A stretch of 63,205 nt of DNA, the filler included, from Choristocarpus tenellus KU-1152 (taxonomy: Eukaryota; Protista; Phaeophyceae): assembly GCA_964200185.2 (NCBI GenBank). It is 14 parts of 14 records of this genome, joined end to end, with 100 filler letters (N's around TTAATTAATTAA, not from the genome) between each part and the next. Parts side by side here need not be neighbours in the genome. Positions count along the whole stretch, not along the records: positions 23,824 to 27,023 come from CAXNAD020021594.1; positions 27,124 to 30,288 come from CAXNAD020021832.1; positions 30,389 to 33,046 come from CAXNAD020025889.1; positions 33,147 to 37,150 come from CAXNAD020016709.1; positions 37,251 to 43,601 come from CAXNAD020008329.1; 9 more parts are not named here. One strand, given 5' to 3'. Every line of letters begins with the position of its first letter. Positions within the stretch are counted from its first letter, which is position 1. The notes beneath the pieces are model-generated. The model searched no databases and had not been told where the DNA came from. It saw only the letters and a list, made by a program, of their open reading frames with translations. Below, in pieces: positions 25,196 through 38,570 of the stretch. Made by a program: the position numbers and the translations under genes.

Positions 25196-26156
25196 GTGGA
25201 ACAGACAGCTGGTGGAAGGGCTACCTCAGCACTCATTCGACCGATTCCTGTTCGGGAGGGGAAAGTGGAAGTGTTGAAGGCAAGTAAAGAAAAAGATATA
25301 CCTTTTGTTTTGTTCGTCGGGTCAGTTCTTGTTTGGTGAACCAGAGAGAGAGAGAGGCACATGGTGCACGTTGCAAAACCCTCATGGCCCTCATAGTTCC
25401 CTCCTGTCATTTTGTTTTTTGTTTTTGTAATTGCACCTCTACCTGTTTCGCTGTGTATGGTCTTTTTGATCTCTTCTGTTAACCAGAGGAAGGGGGGAAG
25501 TCGAATGTGATCCTCACGTTTTGCATTAGAAATAAAAAAGAGAAAAAGAGAAAGAAATAAAAAAACTTATGGAAATTGTTCCTATTTTGCAATACTTCGG
25601 TGTGTATATCTTTTTCTTTACGTGCTAGCTGACTCTCAGTCGAGATCCATGTGACGGAGTGTGTTCCTGACTGTCTTTAGATTTGCAGTTGATATGAACG
25701 CAACCCCCTCTCGCTTTATACCCACAGATTTTTTCCGCCTTTTTTAATTGAGGTAGATCGTTCTCGCCTGCCTATGTGGGGTGTAGTCACTTCAAAACCT
25801 GACCTGGGGAAGACCCCTACCACATGTAAATGAGAACATTCGGGTACCAGTGCAGGCCTCTACTAGGTGCTGCGTTTCAAGTTCCGCCACACAGAACTAT
25901 GCTTGCCTGCACAGCAGACCACAGTTACGTATAAATGACACGTGCATTGTACCTTGCCCTCCGACACAATGCATGCCCTACGTACTCCCCACACCAGAAA
26001 GCATTCAAAGAGGGTCCTGCCCTAGCTGCAGGCAATTCGCTTGATGATGGACCAATGCTGAACTATGCCCGTGGATTGGCGCTTGTAGTCAATCCGAACT
26101 CAGTGGAGTTGGAGACTGAGGCACAAAAGAATGGCTGGAGTGTACACCATATCTAG
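25196..26156 (+). CDS. HAD-superfamily (IB / SerB-like) hydrolase, last two exons
   Basis: Exon 25196-25279 (VEQTAGGRATSALIRPIPVREGKVEVLK, motif III Lys) and exon 25998-26156 (KAFKEGPALAAGNSLDDGPMLNYA..LVVNPN..AQKNGW, motif IV; TAG). In-frame only through the GC donor AAG|GCAAGT. Confidence 0.75.
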
Positions 26157-28099
26157 TTGATTATAGTGTTTTCTTTTTGACTGTTTCAGAGTGTTACTGG
26201 TAGTGAGATTTCGTTGTGTGTGTGTGTGTTGCTAGGGTCTACAACTGTGGCCAACCCATGAGAGCAGATGAGAGCTCCAAGTTGGAAAGTAAGATGAGAT
26301 GTACAGTAGATCAGGTGTACCCTGGTGTTGATTGATTTCTTCACTGGTGGTTGATGACGTCTCGAGTGGAACTTGGGTCTGGTTTTGTTTAGGGTTAGGG
26401 TTAGTGTGTTAATGTGTCTTTTCGTATTTTTCAAGTCCTGCGACTGGCCTGTGTGCCCTCAACACATTTATTCGGCTCTGGGCTCTATTTTAATTGTTAT
26501 TTCCGTGTGGCCAAGAATGTGCTATGTCACGAAGCAAGTGGTTAGTCTTGGTGAGTATGATAGAGTTGTAGATATGGTGGCCTGACCTAAATCATGAAGT
26601 TGACTCTCCAATTTTGTGATCAGATACGTCCTCATGTATTATGAAACAGACCTCATTATTGTACCGTTGTAGTTCAGTCCGCCTATCTTAAGGCTCCCTT
26701 TACAGAAAATATCTTCTAGGCCATGATCAAAGGGGCATGCTTTGTGATCTATTTCCAGGGACAAGGTCCAATCCAATTTTCGGCTCAACTGCCCACCAAC
26801 TACATCACCTTCTCCAATCCTCCAGTAGTACTGTTGAGTATACGGTGGGTGTGACAGGTATGCCCTCTATTCTGAAATACTTCAAATTTCAATTTCAGGG
26901 CTCTAGAGAACAAGGTTAAAACAAGACTTCTCCGAGCGAGACCTGACAATATTAAAAAAAAATCTCATGTAATGAATCACAACCCTGTGGAGAGTTTCTT
27001 TTTTTTTTCAGGGGTCAAAGAAANNNNNNNNNNNNNNNNNNNNNNNNNNNNNNNNNNNNNNNNNNNNTTAATTAATTAANNNNNNNNNNNNNNNNNNNNN
27101 NNNNNNNNNNNNNNNNNNNNNNNCACAAACCACACCCCCCCCCGGCACTTTTACCCAGATAATAGGTGGATGAAATGTGAAGAGATAGAAAGGGCTTGTA
27201 GCAGCGAATCGTATCACCATTCAATTCTTTATACAAATGATCATTCTCGAACAAAATCCATTCTTTATTCACTTCAAGGAGCTAGAATTCGAGTTTCCAG
27301 TGAACAACAGTACCCCCAGGACATGTTACCTCAATCTACAACTTATGTGGTCGCTGATACAAGGCCTCACATGCTTCGAGATGTAAATCATTTCAAAATT
27401 GGCTTCGTAATGTCAAAAAAAAAATGTATAGATTGATGTCTGACCTTCCCATGTGATACGATTTGTGTGGAGTACAGACTTCGCTGGTTTCAGAGACAAA
27501 ACAGAGGAAGAAACTTACAGTTTCTAGAAAAACAGTCTACAAGGAAATGGACAAAAGGTGAATCACTCTCCTCACAGGTGGCAGGAAGACGGTAGGTAGT
27601 CGATCACTTCTTGAAGGTGATCGGGTCGGACCATGCTTCTGGCGTAAGTAAACTCGTGTGGAGGATGTCAATTCCAGGTGTTGTTGTGGGTCCTGCTGAC
27701 GCGTCAAGTAGGGCCAAATAATCCTCCTGTGGCACTTTAGCAATAGTCACAAACCAAGTTGCAACTACACTTCTCACGGATTGTGTGTCCACTTTGGGGC
27801 ATGCCTGGATATTAAAGATACCATATTGATAAGTTGACAGGGACCTTACTAAAGTAGCCTTAAAGTAGGGCTAGGGTCGTGATGATACCGCAAAAAAATC
27901 AAGAATATAGTATATACATTTAATGACCTTGTATACGCTCGTACTAGTACATGGTACACTAAGGTACACTCTCTGTATTCAGTAGTTTGCTACTGCACAA
28001 CTCATTTACCCCATCCCCTCACTCTGTTAATTATATCATATATCGTTTCCATGGAAAGGCAGACTTGACTCACCTCTTTTCCATCACATAGTCTGACTC

Positions 28100-28560
28100 A
28101 GGTAGACTATCCCAAGGATTGGAAAAAAATGTGGCTTTAGAGGTGCTCTAGATTCTGTGATCCCACAGAAATGCAGAAACCATTAATTCTTGCGGTCTAC
28201 CCATGTTTACCTTCGTTTAATTTATATTACGAGCAACAGTCCATGACATTATGAGGAGAAGGAGGATGAGGAGGATGAGGATACCCTAGAAAAACAAGAG
28301 AAATAACACCATGGTAGGAACTCGTGTGTCTGGTCAAAAAGACCTCAAAGGATGTAGCATCCGATGCTCAATGTTTCATCTTCCATGGCACCAACAGCCT
28401 CCAATTTCTCAACTTCCAAATTTTCAAGTAAGGGAGATGCCTTTGTGCATCTTCTACTCTTCTTCAGACTTGTTGGTGAATGCCATGCACAGAGAGAATT
28501 ATTCGAAGTGTGGGGTATCTGTGAAAACACCAAGTATTACCTGACAAAATCCTTCAAAGG
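28100..28560 (+). mobile_element. Possible highly decayed LINE reverse transcriptase remnant
   Basis: Scattered pieces DYPKDWKK and KGDAFVHLLLFFRLV in the order expected for (I/V)PxxWK ... QGDxLSPLLF. Weak. Confidence 0.3.
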
Positions 28561-28604
28561 GTTCTTCTATCACATCAGCAATTAAAATATTGATACTTCT
28601 CATA

Positions 28605-28700
28605 AAGTTTGAAATACGGACAAGTCTTCAACAACTGAAAAAGAAACTCAACAAGTTTGAAATACGGATAAGTCTTCAACAACTGAAAAAGAAACTCAAC
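28605..28700. repeat. 48-bp tandem duplication (2 copies, 1 mismatch)
   Basis: AAGTTTGAAATACGGAYAAGTCTTCAACAACTGAAAAAGAAACTCAAC at 28605-28652 and 28653-28700. Confidence 0.95.
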
Positions 28701-30388
28701 AAGGACTAACAGCCTCACTTCCACCTGCAGACCAGAAATCACCCCTATACCTCGAGCATTCTCTCACGGCCCTAAGGATATGGTGTTTCCACCATAATAG
28801 GAATACTAGATAGGAACGAACAAATAAAGAGAAAGAAAAGCGTAAAATGCTCCACACTTCCGGCACAGAACCACCACTCATGATGCAGGTCTCCTCCAGT
28901 AGTTGCCTCTATCCTACCATTGTCAGGTTCTAGTGCCTACTTGCAAATCTTTGAATGGGCAAAGTACGATCCAAGCTTACGCGAGGAGAAAAGGGACATC
29001 TTTCATAACAAATACAACGACCCAGCCTGGATCGGGCTCATAGGTTCAACATGTTCGAATCCAATTGTCCCGTCTCAAATGCAGTGCTCTTTAAGGATTC
29101 ATAGAGATATATCTACGATCTACGACCAAATACAAAACATGGAACAAGCGTTAGAAAAAACAAATATTTATCGAAAACAAAAATTATTCTATTCCAGTTC
29201 CATACCCCGAAATCATACCTCAGGTGTGACAGCAATTTCACCCACTTCCTCGAAAAACAAAGAGGTGGAAACTACTTCGTGTTATGCTAATCTTTGCATG
29301 CACCACATGCTGGCATACATGGAAGTCTACACGCCCAATTGGTTGTTCGATTTACAGCAGTGAGCATTGGTGTGCTTGCTTGATCTCCACCCGCCCATGA
29401 CATCGTCTCGTCAACTACCAGCAAGTCACTGTGCAACCTCATACCCATCCGCAGGTATCAGTCAATCTAGCCATGCTACTGCTAAAATTTAACAAGTCAT
29501 ACTAACGTATTTAATGTAAGAAACCTCGGGGATCCTTGTGTGATTTATTCTTTAAATTAAAGGCAAAATAGAAAAAAGTGCCGATTCGTTTTTTTAGTGT
29601 ACAATGGACAGACGACATCCCTCAGCACCCCTCTACTCCAGAAATTTACCAATCCCTACAGAATATTCCCTTGTTGCCAAAACTCCCGATGAAAAAGTGG
29701 TCCCTGTCATGATATATTTTACACAGATTGTGCCACTGCACAAAATGATTTTCTACGTCTCAGGTCAGGGATACTCCACCTTGTCCACCCCCTCGGTCTC
29801 ACCAGTGCCATCAGCTTCTAAACGTTTTGTTCATTTTCGTTTTTCCTCGGGGGACGTACATCCTGCTACCTCCACTATGAGGTACGATCTTGCTTCTAGG
29901 CAGGTCGGTATTCCATTACAGTACATAATCAACCTTTTCGGTCCCCCTTGTTTCCATAGATGTCCCTCTTCCTCCTCTTCACTTCATCAAAAAGGACCAC
30001 GTGTGAGGATTAGAGAGGAGACTGAAGCTGCCTATTTGGAAATTACCGACAAGGGCTATTAAATCGTACATCGAGTATTTTGAAACCTTCATGACAGAGC
30101 TGTAAGAGATACGATACACTGAAATATGTATATATATACTATTATTTCATCATTGACCATATTTCAACTCAGTTCCTTGCATTTGAGATACAATCTCCTA
30201 CATAATAAAAAATATAACTGGCTCAAAGTATCTGGGAGGGGGTGGCGGCTGTCCATTTGGGGTCAATTTTTTCATGTCGCGATTTTTGNNNNNNNNNNNN
30301 NNNNNNNNNNNNNNNNNNNNNNNNNNNNNNNNTTAATTAATTAANNNNNNNNNNNNNNNNNNNNNNNNNNNNNNNNNNNNNNNNNNNN

Positions 30389-30452
30389 CGGTGATTCTCT
30401 TCACCACCCTTGCCTGAGTGAACCACGCCGCCACAGAATCACACGATTCACA
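30389..30452 (+). mobile_element. 3' end of an LTR (3' LTR or solo LTR) of the Gypsy family at 34236-37150
   Basis: Near-identical to 34422-34485, ends GATTCACA, and is followed by unrelated sequence rather than the PBS. Confidence 0.85.
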
Positions 30453-32848
30453 CATCTTCCAGTTTATTTGTGCCTGCTGTTTGGGTACTACAGAACACAG
30501 TATTTCTTGAATGTACAGTCAATATGTATGTCAGTCCTCTTGCCTCGAATGGGTTTGAGAACGACATTATTATTTCAACTGAACAACTAATAGGCCACCT
30601 CTGCTTTCCATCTCCGATCAATTAAAAAAGTAAGTAGTTCATGATTTGGGAGTTCCCATTCACTCAATAGGAAATGCACGTTATATCCTCCTGTCTGTAA
30701 TGCCAGATCGGATCTTCCTGTCTGTGAATGCCTGGTTTGTAGTGAACGTGAAGGAGGGAGTTACTATCTGTTGTGTCGTTAGAGCACACAGAGAGAGAGG
30801 AACTCATGCTTGTATGAAAGAGGTTATACTACTGTACTAGATACTATAAACAACACAGAGGCATAGTAGTATGCACTTGTGATTTCATTTCGAACAAGGG
30901 TCCCTCACTGTTGTAGATTCTTTTTGTTGTCTATGGTCTTTGTTTGAGAGAAGTATATACGGAGTATATGTATGTGTATGTCTGTATGGAGCACGGACAC
31001 TAACGATACAGTAATAGTACAATGTGAGGAATGCCAGTGCATGTTGTACTGTTTCTCGGTACCTCCATGTTCCAGCACGCTCCAAAAGCTTACCTCCATA
31101 GGATGTATAGCTCCAATCTACAGGCCTATAGATAGCGCCGATGCTCGCACAAGCCTCCAGGATACTCCGACAGTCAAAGGTCCAACGAAGATTATGAATA
31201 TCCAGTATGCAGGTGAAGGTACTCTTATGAATCAATAAGCATAAATATGAGAATTGGTATCAGTTAAGAGTAGGCCATGGGGGGTCTTGAGCCGTTTGGG
31301 TCTGAGCCGTTTAGGATCTCTTATCATCACTTACCGTTTTGTTTTATTTTAGTTTACAGATGTTGGGATACATCTGAGAACCGTAGCAACATTCCCACGT
31401 TACAGATTTCACTCTGCAACTTTAGCAAATCGGAATTCCCCCTTCTAGGGTTCCACACGCGCGTATACTGCTTACGTCGGTTAAAGCACGGAAAGAAATA
31501 CTCACACTATTCGCCTCTAGCAGTACCTCATGCCACACTCCAACACGCATTGTTTTCTTGGTGAGAACAATGAGAGGCATCCATATAGGGACATGCGGAA
31601 CCAACGACTTGCAGGCAGCAAAGAAGAGTTCGTGGTGACTTGACTGCATATAGTAGATAGAGGAGCTTGTTCGAAACTACTATTCGAGGGTGGTAATGAT
31701 GTGGACGCATGTATGTTGATGTTGTATTGCATGAAGTTCAGTGAAGACATCCCACTAAGTTGTGCAAGAAAAGCAGTATACGAAGTATTTTGCTTACCCC
31801 ACTACTAGTACTTGATCTATTCTTGGATGAGGTAGCAACTCATGTTGTAGGAGGTAGGGGGGTTGATGGTTTCAGAAGAAGGGGGACGGTAAAATCGTGT
31901 TTATGGCTGAATAATAAACAATTGCTCAACTGGTGATATCATTAAGAGTTTTGTGTTTTAAAAGGAGGACTTCATTCCAGGGCATGAAAGTACACATACA
32001 TAGAGATGTGGGCACTGCACATAATAAAAACATTTGTACCACTGACCTCCGTGAAAACCTTCAATAATAGACTTGAATTTATACTTGTACAGAGGTAAAG
32101 GGTGGAAGTAATGGCGGAACCCTTTCACTGATCCTACACCTATACGGTCAACACATGCGTCAAGAACTGTGCAAACCTACTACTGTTCTATATAATATCA
32201 GATACATCAACCACAGAAATAGTGTATGTAATAAGCTAACATTGTCCAGAGTTAGACTGCTGCTTGCGTCAGTATGGAAGAAGAGAGAAGAAAGAGATAC
32301 TCCATCACGATATAGAAAAATGACCCCAACATGTGGACCTTCGATCTATCACTTGCCAATAAATAACCGCTAAGACACGAACCATTGTCCCGAATGCTTT
32401 CGGTACATTTACTGTAATTCATATCTTACTCTGCCGAAACATCATGAAGATCAGTCGAAAGGTACAGAAGGCTCGGAATATTTTCTTGCATGTACGACTA
32501 TGTATTTTATGGCAGGACCACAGGTTTATCGTTCGAGTTAAGACTCAAATACTTGAGGCAAAGCGAAAGCGAGATATTGACTGAGCTAAACATCAAGCTG
32601 ACACCGAACGTGGTTATCATCTGTGGACTCCCCTCGTACTGTGGACTCCCCTCGTAGCGTCGTTTTGAGGTCGTTGGATTTGAGTTGTACATCCTGGAAG
32701 GTGAGCATTGAGGGGCGCCTGTAACAGATACTGTCAATGGGGTAGGAGAGCGTTGACGGATTCGTGGGACTCTCCCTTTTATTCTCGCCCGCCTTCATAG
32801 AATGAGTTTAGGAATTGCTTTTCGTTGTTTTCTAGTCTACTACTGTTT

Positions 32849-32955
32849 GAGTGAAAGTATTTTAGAGGGCACGAGTTTTTCCCTGTTTGTCCATTATTTG
32901 GAGCTTGGATTCCCTCGGGGTTTTTATGATATTATACCAACTCCGAAATGTTTCT
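32849..32955. mobile_element. Truncated, decayed family A element (one TIR)
   Basis: GAGTGAAAGTATTTTAGAGGGCACGAGTTTTTCCCTGTTTGTCCA...CTCCGAAATGTTT; no second end seen. Confidence 0.8.
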
Positions 32956-34235
32956 GCGCGGGTCTCGATTACGTCTATCAAAAGAGGTATATCAAAAGAA
33001 CTGAGGGGTGGGTTAGGTCCACTCAGCCTTCTATTTCATCATCCACNNNNNNNNNNNNNNNNNNNNNNNNNNNNNNNNNNNNNNNNNNNNTTAATTAATT
33101 AANNNNNNNNNNNNNNNNNNNNNNNNNNNNNNNNNNNNNNNNNNNNAAAATCGATACTATACCATATAGATTGTGTGCCGCTTTTTTAGGGCATACTCAT
33201 GGGTGAACAAAATCGGGGTAGGTACTGTACTACAAACTTCGATTTGATATGAAGGAAAGATTTATGAAGTAATCCGAGTTTTGTGGATGGGAGAATTGTG
33301 GTATGATAGAAGGGGTGAGGAAGGAATAAAGAATAGTTAATAAAGGGTTGAACAAAGAGTTAAGTACTAGGTGACTATTTTCTGTTTGGCAGTGTTTTTC
33401 ATTGTCAAATGTTATGAAATTTCCCATTCCTAGTTCAAAACAATAGTAAAAAGCAATATGATGTTGGTAAAACCCATGGGGCAACATTCAAAGGTTTGAT
33501 GATCTCATAGAGAGGAATTATCCAACAGAAGCGACCAACATGCATTTGTTTTAGCCAACCAAAATGCTGCAAAAGCTGCATTCTACAACGACCAGACTCA
33601 CAATGGTTTGGGTATCACGGCAGATGCACGTGCTATGTTTGCTAGCATGTCACACCCTTTTGCTGCCTCAGATGAAACCCTGATCGTAAGGTAGGAACTA
33701 GGACTACCTCACCAGAACAGGACATCTATGCACGATGAGGTATCTAGCCAAACTTCACTGCCACACCAAGCTGTTGTCAACATTGTACTGTCAACCCTCA
33801 CACCGATGCTTCAATCTGTTTTAATCTAGAACTCCTCGCCTGCTGTATGTGCTGCCGTAAACAAATAACCTGCTTCAATTCCTGCGAAATACTGACCTGA
33901 TTCATTCCAAAAGGCAATGCATCAAAACCCATTAGATCAGTCACATCCATTCCCTAGCCTGTGCTTCGATCCCCACTTGCTTTAGCCACAGACAGGGCAA
34001 GCGATATAAGTCAACACCATTCGGGCAAAGACCTTCTCCATTGCTCAATCCACTGAGGAATGTCCAGGAAAGGGTCGAAATAGACGGAAGCTAACACAGG
34101 CTACGGGAGACGGCTCTTTCATCACGGGGCGCCCACTAACCGTGCTAAAGATGGTTTAAATTTCCCTGTCACCTTTGGGTGGCATTTCTTTTCTTGCATT
34201 TTTTCTTTTTGACAGGGAATTTCATTTTGCGCATA

Positions 34236-37150
34236 TGTGGAAAGCATGTTTGTCTGTTATTATACCGTTATTGCCGTATGCCATATACCGTTATACAGTG
34301 GTACTGGTGGTGATGAAGCCCCACCTTTGATGGTGCTCAATACTCCTAAGTTTGTACTTGACCAACCTTAACCTCGTACCCTCGGTCACGGTTCATCCTT
34401 GTTCGTGTGGTTCGTCTTACTCGGTAATTCTCTTCACCACCCTTGCCAGAGTGATCCACGCCGCCATAGAATCACACGATTCACATTGGCGACACCGGTG
34501 TCCTCACAAATAGGGTGACGGGGCATTTCTGTTTGACCGCGGAGGAAAGATGCCGAACTCTAGATCAAGACGAAGACGGAGGGCACAAAAGCAGAGAACC
34601 TCAGACCTGGCGCCATCAAGAGCACCAGAAGAGGCTCAAGACCACGAGTCCATGGAAGACATGGAGTCTTCCACCCACCTCGACTCTGACGCATCCAGTA
34701 TGGACTCCACGTCATCCAGCACCACCACACTTTCTGAACGGCGCCGTGGATCCCCCCTTCCCCTCTTACAGATTGGCCGGCGAATATCAGACCCGTGTCG
34801 TTGACCCTAGGGCATCATGTTAGCTCGGGCGACCGTGACACTCGTCGGGTCCTATTCCAGGGAGAACCAGTCCCACCACCAAGTTCGACTACTTGTAAGG
34901 TGGCCACGTCACGGGCACAGTTCGGAGGTGCTGCACCATCGTTCATCGCGCACCACGTTAATGAGTGCGCCAGAACGAACACGGTGCCTCCCGGATGGCT
35001 TCAGGACTTAATGAAGCTACAAGCTCGGGGAATAGATTCCAACCATGTTCCTCGTAGCGAACTCGAGCAATCACAACGAGAGTGCAAACGGCTCCGTACG
35101 GAGGTGGAACGTCACCGAGCAGGGGAGGCAACCCTCAACAGGGACCCAGCTCAGTCGTCGACAGGTCTACCTCCCTCAGCTGGGCAGTGTGACATGATCC
35201 CCCGACATGATGTGAAGACCATACAGTCACCTCATATCGTTTTAGGAGAGTTGAGCCACCAACATCATACCTCCGAGTTGTCCACACGTGGAATATTGTA
35301 GTCGCATGAAGAATATTCCAATCGAGGCTCAAAGTATCTGGGGGGTGTAGGGGCTGTCCATTGTGGGCCATTTTTTTTATGTCTCTATTTTTGGGTGATT
35401 TGGTTGCATATATCGGATGGATGATGTAAGTGCACTTTTCCTGGTTATCGTCCAAACGGACACCGTGGTGTAGACCCCTGTTGAAATCTGAATCGAATGC
35501 ATCGCACATGTAAGCAAAGTGTGTAGACTACGAGCGATGAGGAATCATGGTGTTGCAAAGCACCGATGAGGAATATGTGTAGTCTATGTTAGAGATAGAT
35601 ATGATTGTGCTGCAAAGCACCGATGTGTTTATTCTCTTGTAACTGAGGAGTGAAAGTATCTTGGAGGGTACGAGTTTTGCCCTGTTTGTCCATTAGAGGC
35701 TTGGCTTCCCATGGGTTTTTCAATGACATTTTCCTACTCAAAATTGTTTAGGAGTAGGTAAAATCTATACGTTATGAAAAGGTGTGTCCGAAACATAGAG
35801 TTAATGGCACTTCCAAACGAACACAATATAGTCAAAATTACATCAAAATCGCAATATTAGATTTTGACCCCCAAATGGACGCGGCTCTACCCTCTAAGAT
35901 ACTTTGACTCGGCACACTGACAGATCAACGCGACCACAAGACACGTCGCCCTATTCAGCCTCACCGTCTAACTCAACGTACACCATGGATCAGCAAAATA
36001 GTTAGTGCCAGTACCCGGGTTGCCAGGCAGCGACTCGTGAGGGTCACACAACCCAGTCGTGCCTGGACAATCCGCGGGGTGCTCGTTTGCCACACTTGCA
36101 TCGTAGAGGCTGGGGTCGTGGAAGTCGTGTTCGTGTTCGTGTTCGTGTTCGAGAGTACAGTGAGTCAACAACTGACCATTATGGTTTGCGTCCCTAGGGG
36201 TGCCCAGGTGGATTTGACTCCCGTCCACTTGGGAGCAGCCATGGTGTTGTTGTTGACACCATCGTAGGGAGTGGCAAGCGTCAGAAGTTGACACCAGTCA
36301 CACCTCTTGCCCCACAGGCATCGTTTATTGCCTGCACGCGTGTCACTAAGCATTTTTCTTTACCATTAGTTCAACCAAACTCGTGTAATAGTAATGATGC
36401 TTGGTTGGTTCAACAGTTCTTTGTGCAGGTATCCATCCATGCCCAAACCTTTATCGTTTTCATCACAAAGGGTGCGTGTATCTGGCACCGTTGAAGAACA
36501 AGAGGAAAATGACTTGACAATTGACACAGCCAGTGATGTACCATCTATTTCTGAAATATTTGTTCGCAATCACCCTCAACTGAAACGTTTTGACGTGCAT
36601 CCTGTCCCACCTGGTGCAATAAATCTACGTGCAGCAAATGGTTCACCTTTGCATATTCGTGGATTTATTCGTTTTGCACTTACACATGGTGACACCACAT
36701 TGCCAGTTGAAGCTTTAGTGATTCCCCAACTTGATCCCTATTAAATTCTGCTTGATAATAGTGTTATGCAGGCATTCGGTGCAATCCTTGATTGGCAAGA
36801 ACAACGTCTTTCATTTCACAACAGTTCGTCTACCATTCCAGCAAGACATCACATGACAAGGAGCCCCACTCAAGTACGTGATACAAGTACAACTCCTTCG
36901 TTCTCTGTGGTGAGTGTGCAACATGATTTTGACCCTATACCTGTTCGTGTACATAAGCAGTATAACATACCAGCTGGTCATGGAATCATCGTTACGTTGC
37001 ACAACTGATACTAGTCCGTCATTGGATACTGCCGTAGTAGTGGAGCCAGTCATACACTCCATGCCTGCTGTAGATCAAACCACTGAACCTACACATCCAT
37101 GGAATCGTATTGTAGCTGCTCGCACTCTCAGTATTTGGTCAGCCAATAAT
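34236..37150 (+). mobile_element. Decayed Ty3/Gypsy LTR retrotransposon, 5' part (LTR, PBS, gag, aspartic protease)
   Basis: LTR ends TTCACA at 34485 (probable start TGTGGAA at 34236); PBS TGGCGACACCGGTG at 34487-34500; gag-like ORFs 34550-35301; retropepsin LTIDTASDVPSIS...LRAANGSPLHIRG...VEALVIPQLDPY*ILLD...FGAILDW at about 36510-36810 with an in-frame stop. Interrupted by TIR elements at 35326-35910. Confidence 0.85.
35648..35910. mobile_element. Family A TIR element nested in the Gypsy gag region
   Basis: GAGTGAAAGTATCTTGGAGGG ... CCCTCTAAGATACTTTGACTC; flanks TGAG / GGCA do not match. A family B end begins at 35326. Confidence 0.88.
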
Positions 37151-38570
37151 NNNNNNNNNNNNNNNNNNNNNNNNNNNNNNNNNNNNNNNNNNNNTTAATT
37201 AATTAANNNNNNNNNNNNNNNNNNNNNNNNNNNNNNNNNNNNNNNNNNNNACCCCCCCCCCTTCCCAGATACTTTGGGTCAGAGACGGTCTATCTTTCTC
37301 TCCTGGGTGTCTCTTGCAACATCTTCTTGCGTGCTTGGTTCCTGTATGTAATGTTGTAATCATTTCTTTATGGTTGTCAACAGAATTACACTTCAGGATA
37401 ATTATATGGATTCAGACAAATCTGTTGCAACATTGATGCGGAGCGATAATCCTGTTAAGTACTCCTGTCTTACATGCGACAACGTCATTGTTGGCCACTG
37501 CCAACCTGATATGGGGAGGATGGGGTACTGCAGGGCACAATGCTGTATGTGGGTAGCAGGGTGGGTTCGTGCCAGGAGGGGAAGGGGAATGGAAAGTAGC
37601 CCCCGTGCTGCAGCAGCCCCAGGAGGAAAGAAATAGTTGAAGGTTGTGCCTGGGTAAGTCTGTGAGCATTGTGCTGAGGGGGAAAGAAGAGGAGAAGATC
37701 CATCACTGTGCTCAAGCAGTTGAGGAGGAAAGGAACAGGGGTCTCTGTACGATCTGTTGCTGGGGGAATGAAGGAGGAGAGACCCTACCAGCCAGCAGCT
37801 ATGACGCTCCAGCAGCAACAGGAGAAAAGGCATACCATGAGACCTGTACCTGGGTAGAAGGGGTAGACTGTGTCTGAAGGATCAGCGCATAGTATCGAGC
37901 TTCAGAGTGACTTCAAGAGGATTCATAATTATATTAAAGACATACCTTTGCACATGCATTTGAACATTTTGGCCCTTGCTGTGTAGTGGTAGCACACTCG
38001 GTTAGTTGTATATATATGCCCCATGTTGTGCACATGTTCCTTGCTATGTAGATATATTAAAGTACAACAAAATTAATGGCATTGGATGCTTACCCCTCCT
38101 GCCCTTTTTGACCAGAAGAAGGATCAACATGAGTGCGGTTTCCCAAAAGTATCAACTGTGTCTAAAGGTTTTGAGAGCAGGTTTTTGGAACTAACATATA
38201 TGTTGAATTTAAAAAAAGAAGAGAAGAAATAGAGCACGACACTCAGGAATTAGAGTTGCCTGCTGTATGCTGAAGCTGCAGGGCAATACAGAGCTTCTCC
38301 ATGGAGCTACAAAGTCGAGGTGTGTCTGTATATATCCACCGCATATTTCGCAGCTTTTTGAAACATAAATGACATGATCCTGTTTTTTTGTAGGTGTGAT
38401 AGAAATATATGGCAAAATTGCTTGCATACCAGAGCAACCTCAACACAAGTTGGATTATGATTCTAATGCACGGAAGCATACCATCTCATAGTAGAATCCT
38501 CAACAATCTTATAGCATCTGTAACTCCTTACATGCTATCCTACACTTCTGAATATAACCTATATTGAAAG

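Noticed and set aside
27124-27850. Possible decayed Gypsy integrase on the minus strand
   Set aside because: Only vague fragments; no continuous motif I can defend.
37370-37636. ORF upstream of the MINDY exons as an earlier MINDY exon
   Set aside because: No splice sites giving a phase-0 join and no GYCTQ-like motif before ELVNLLL.
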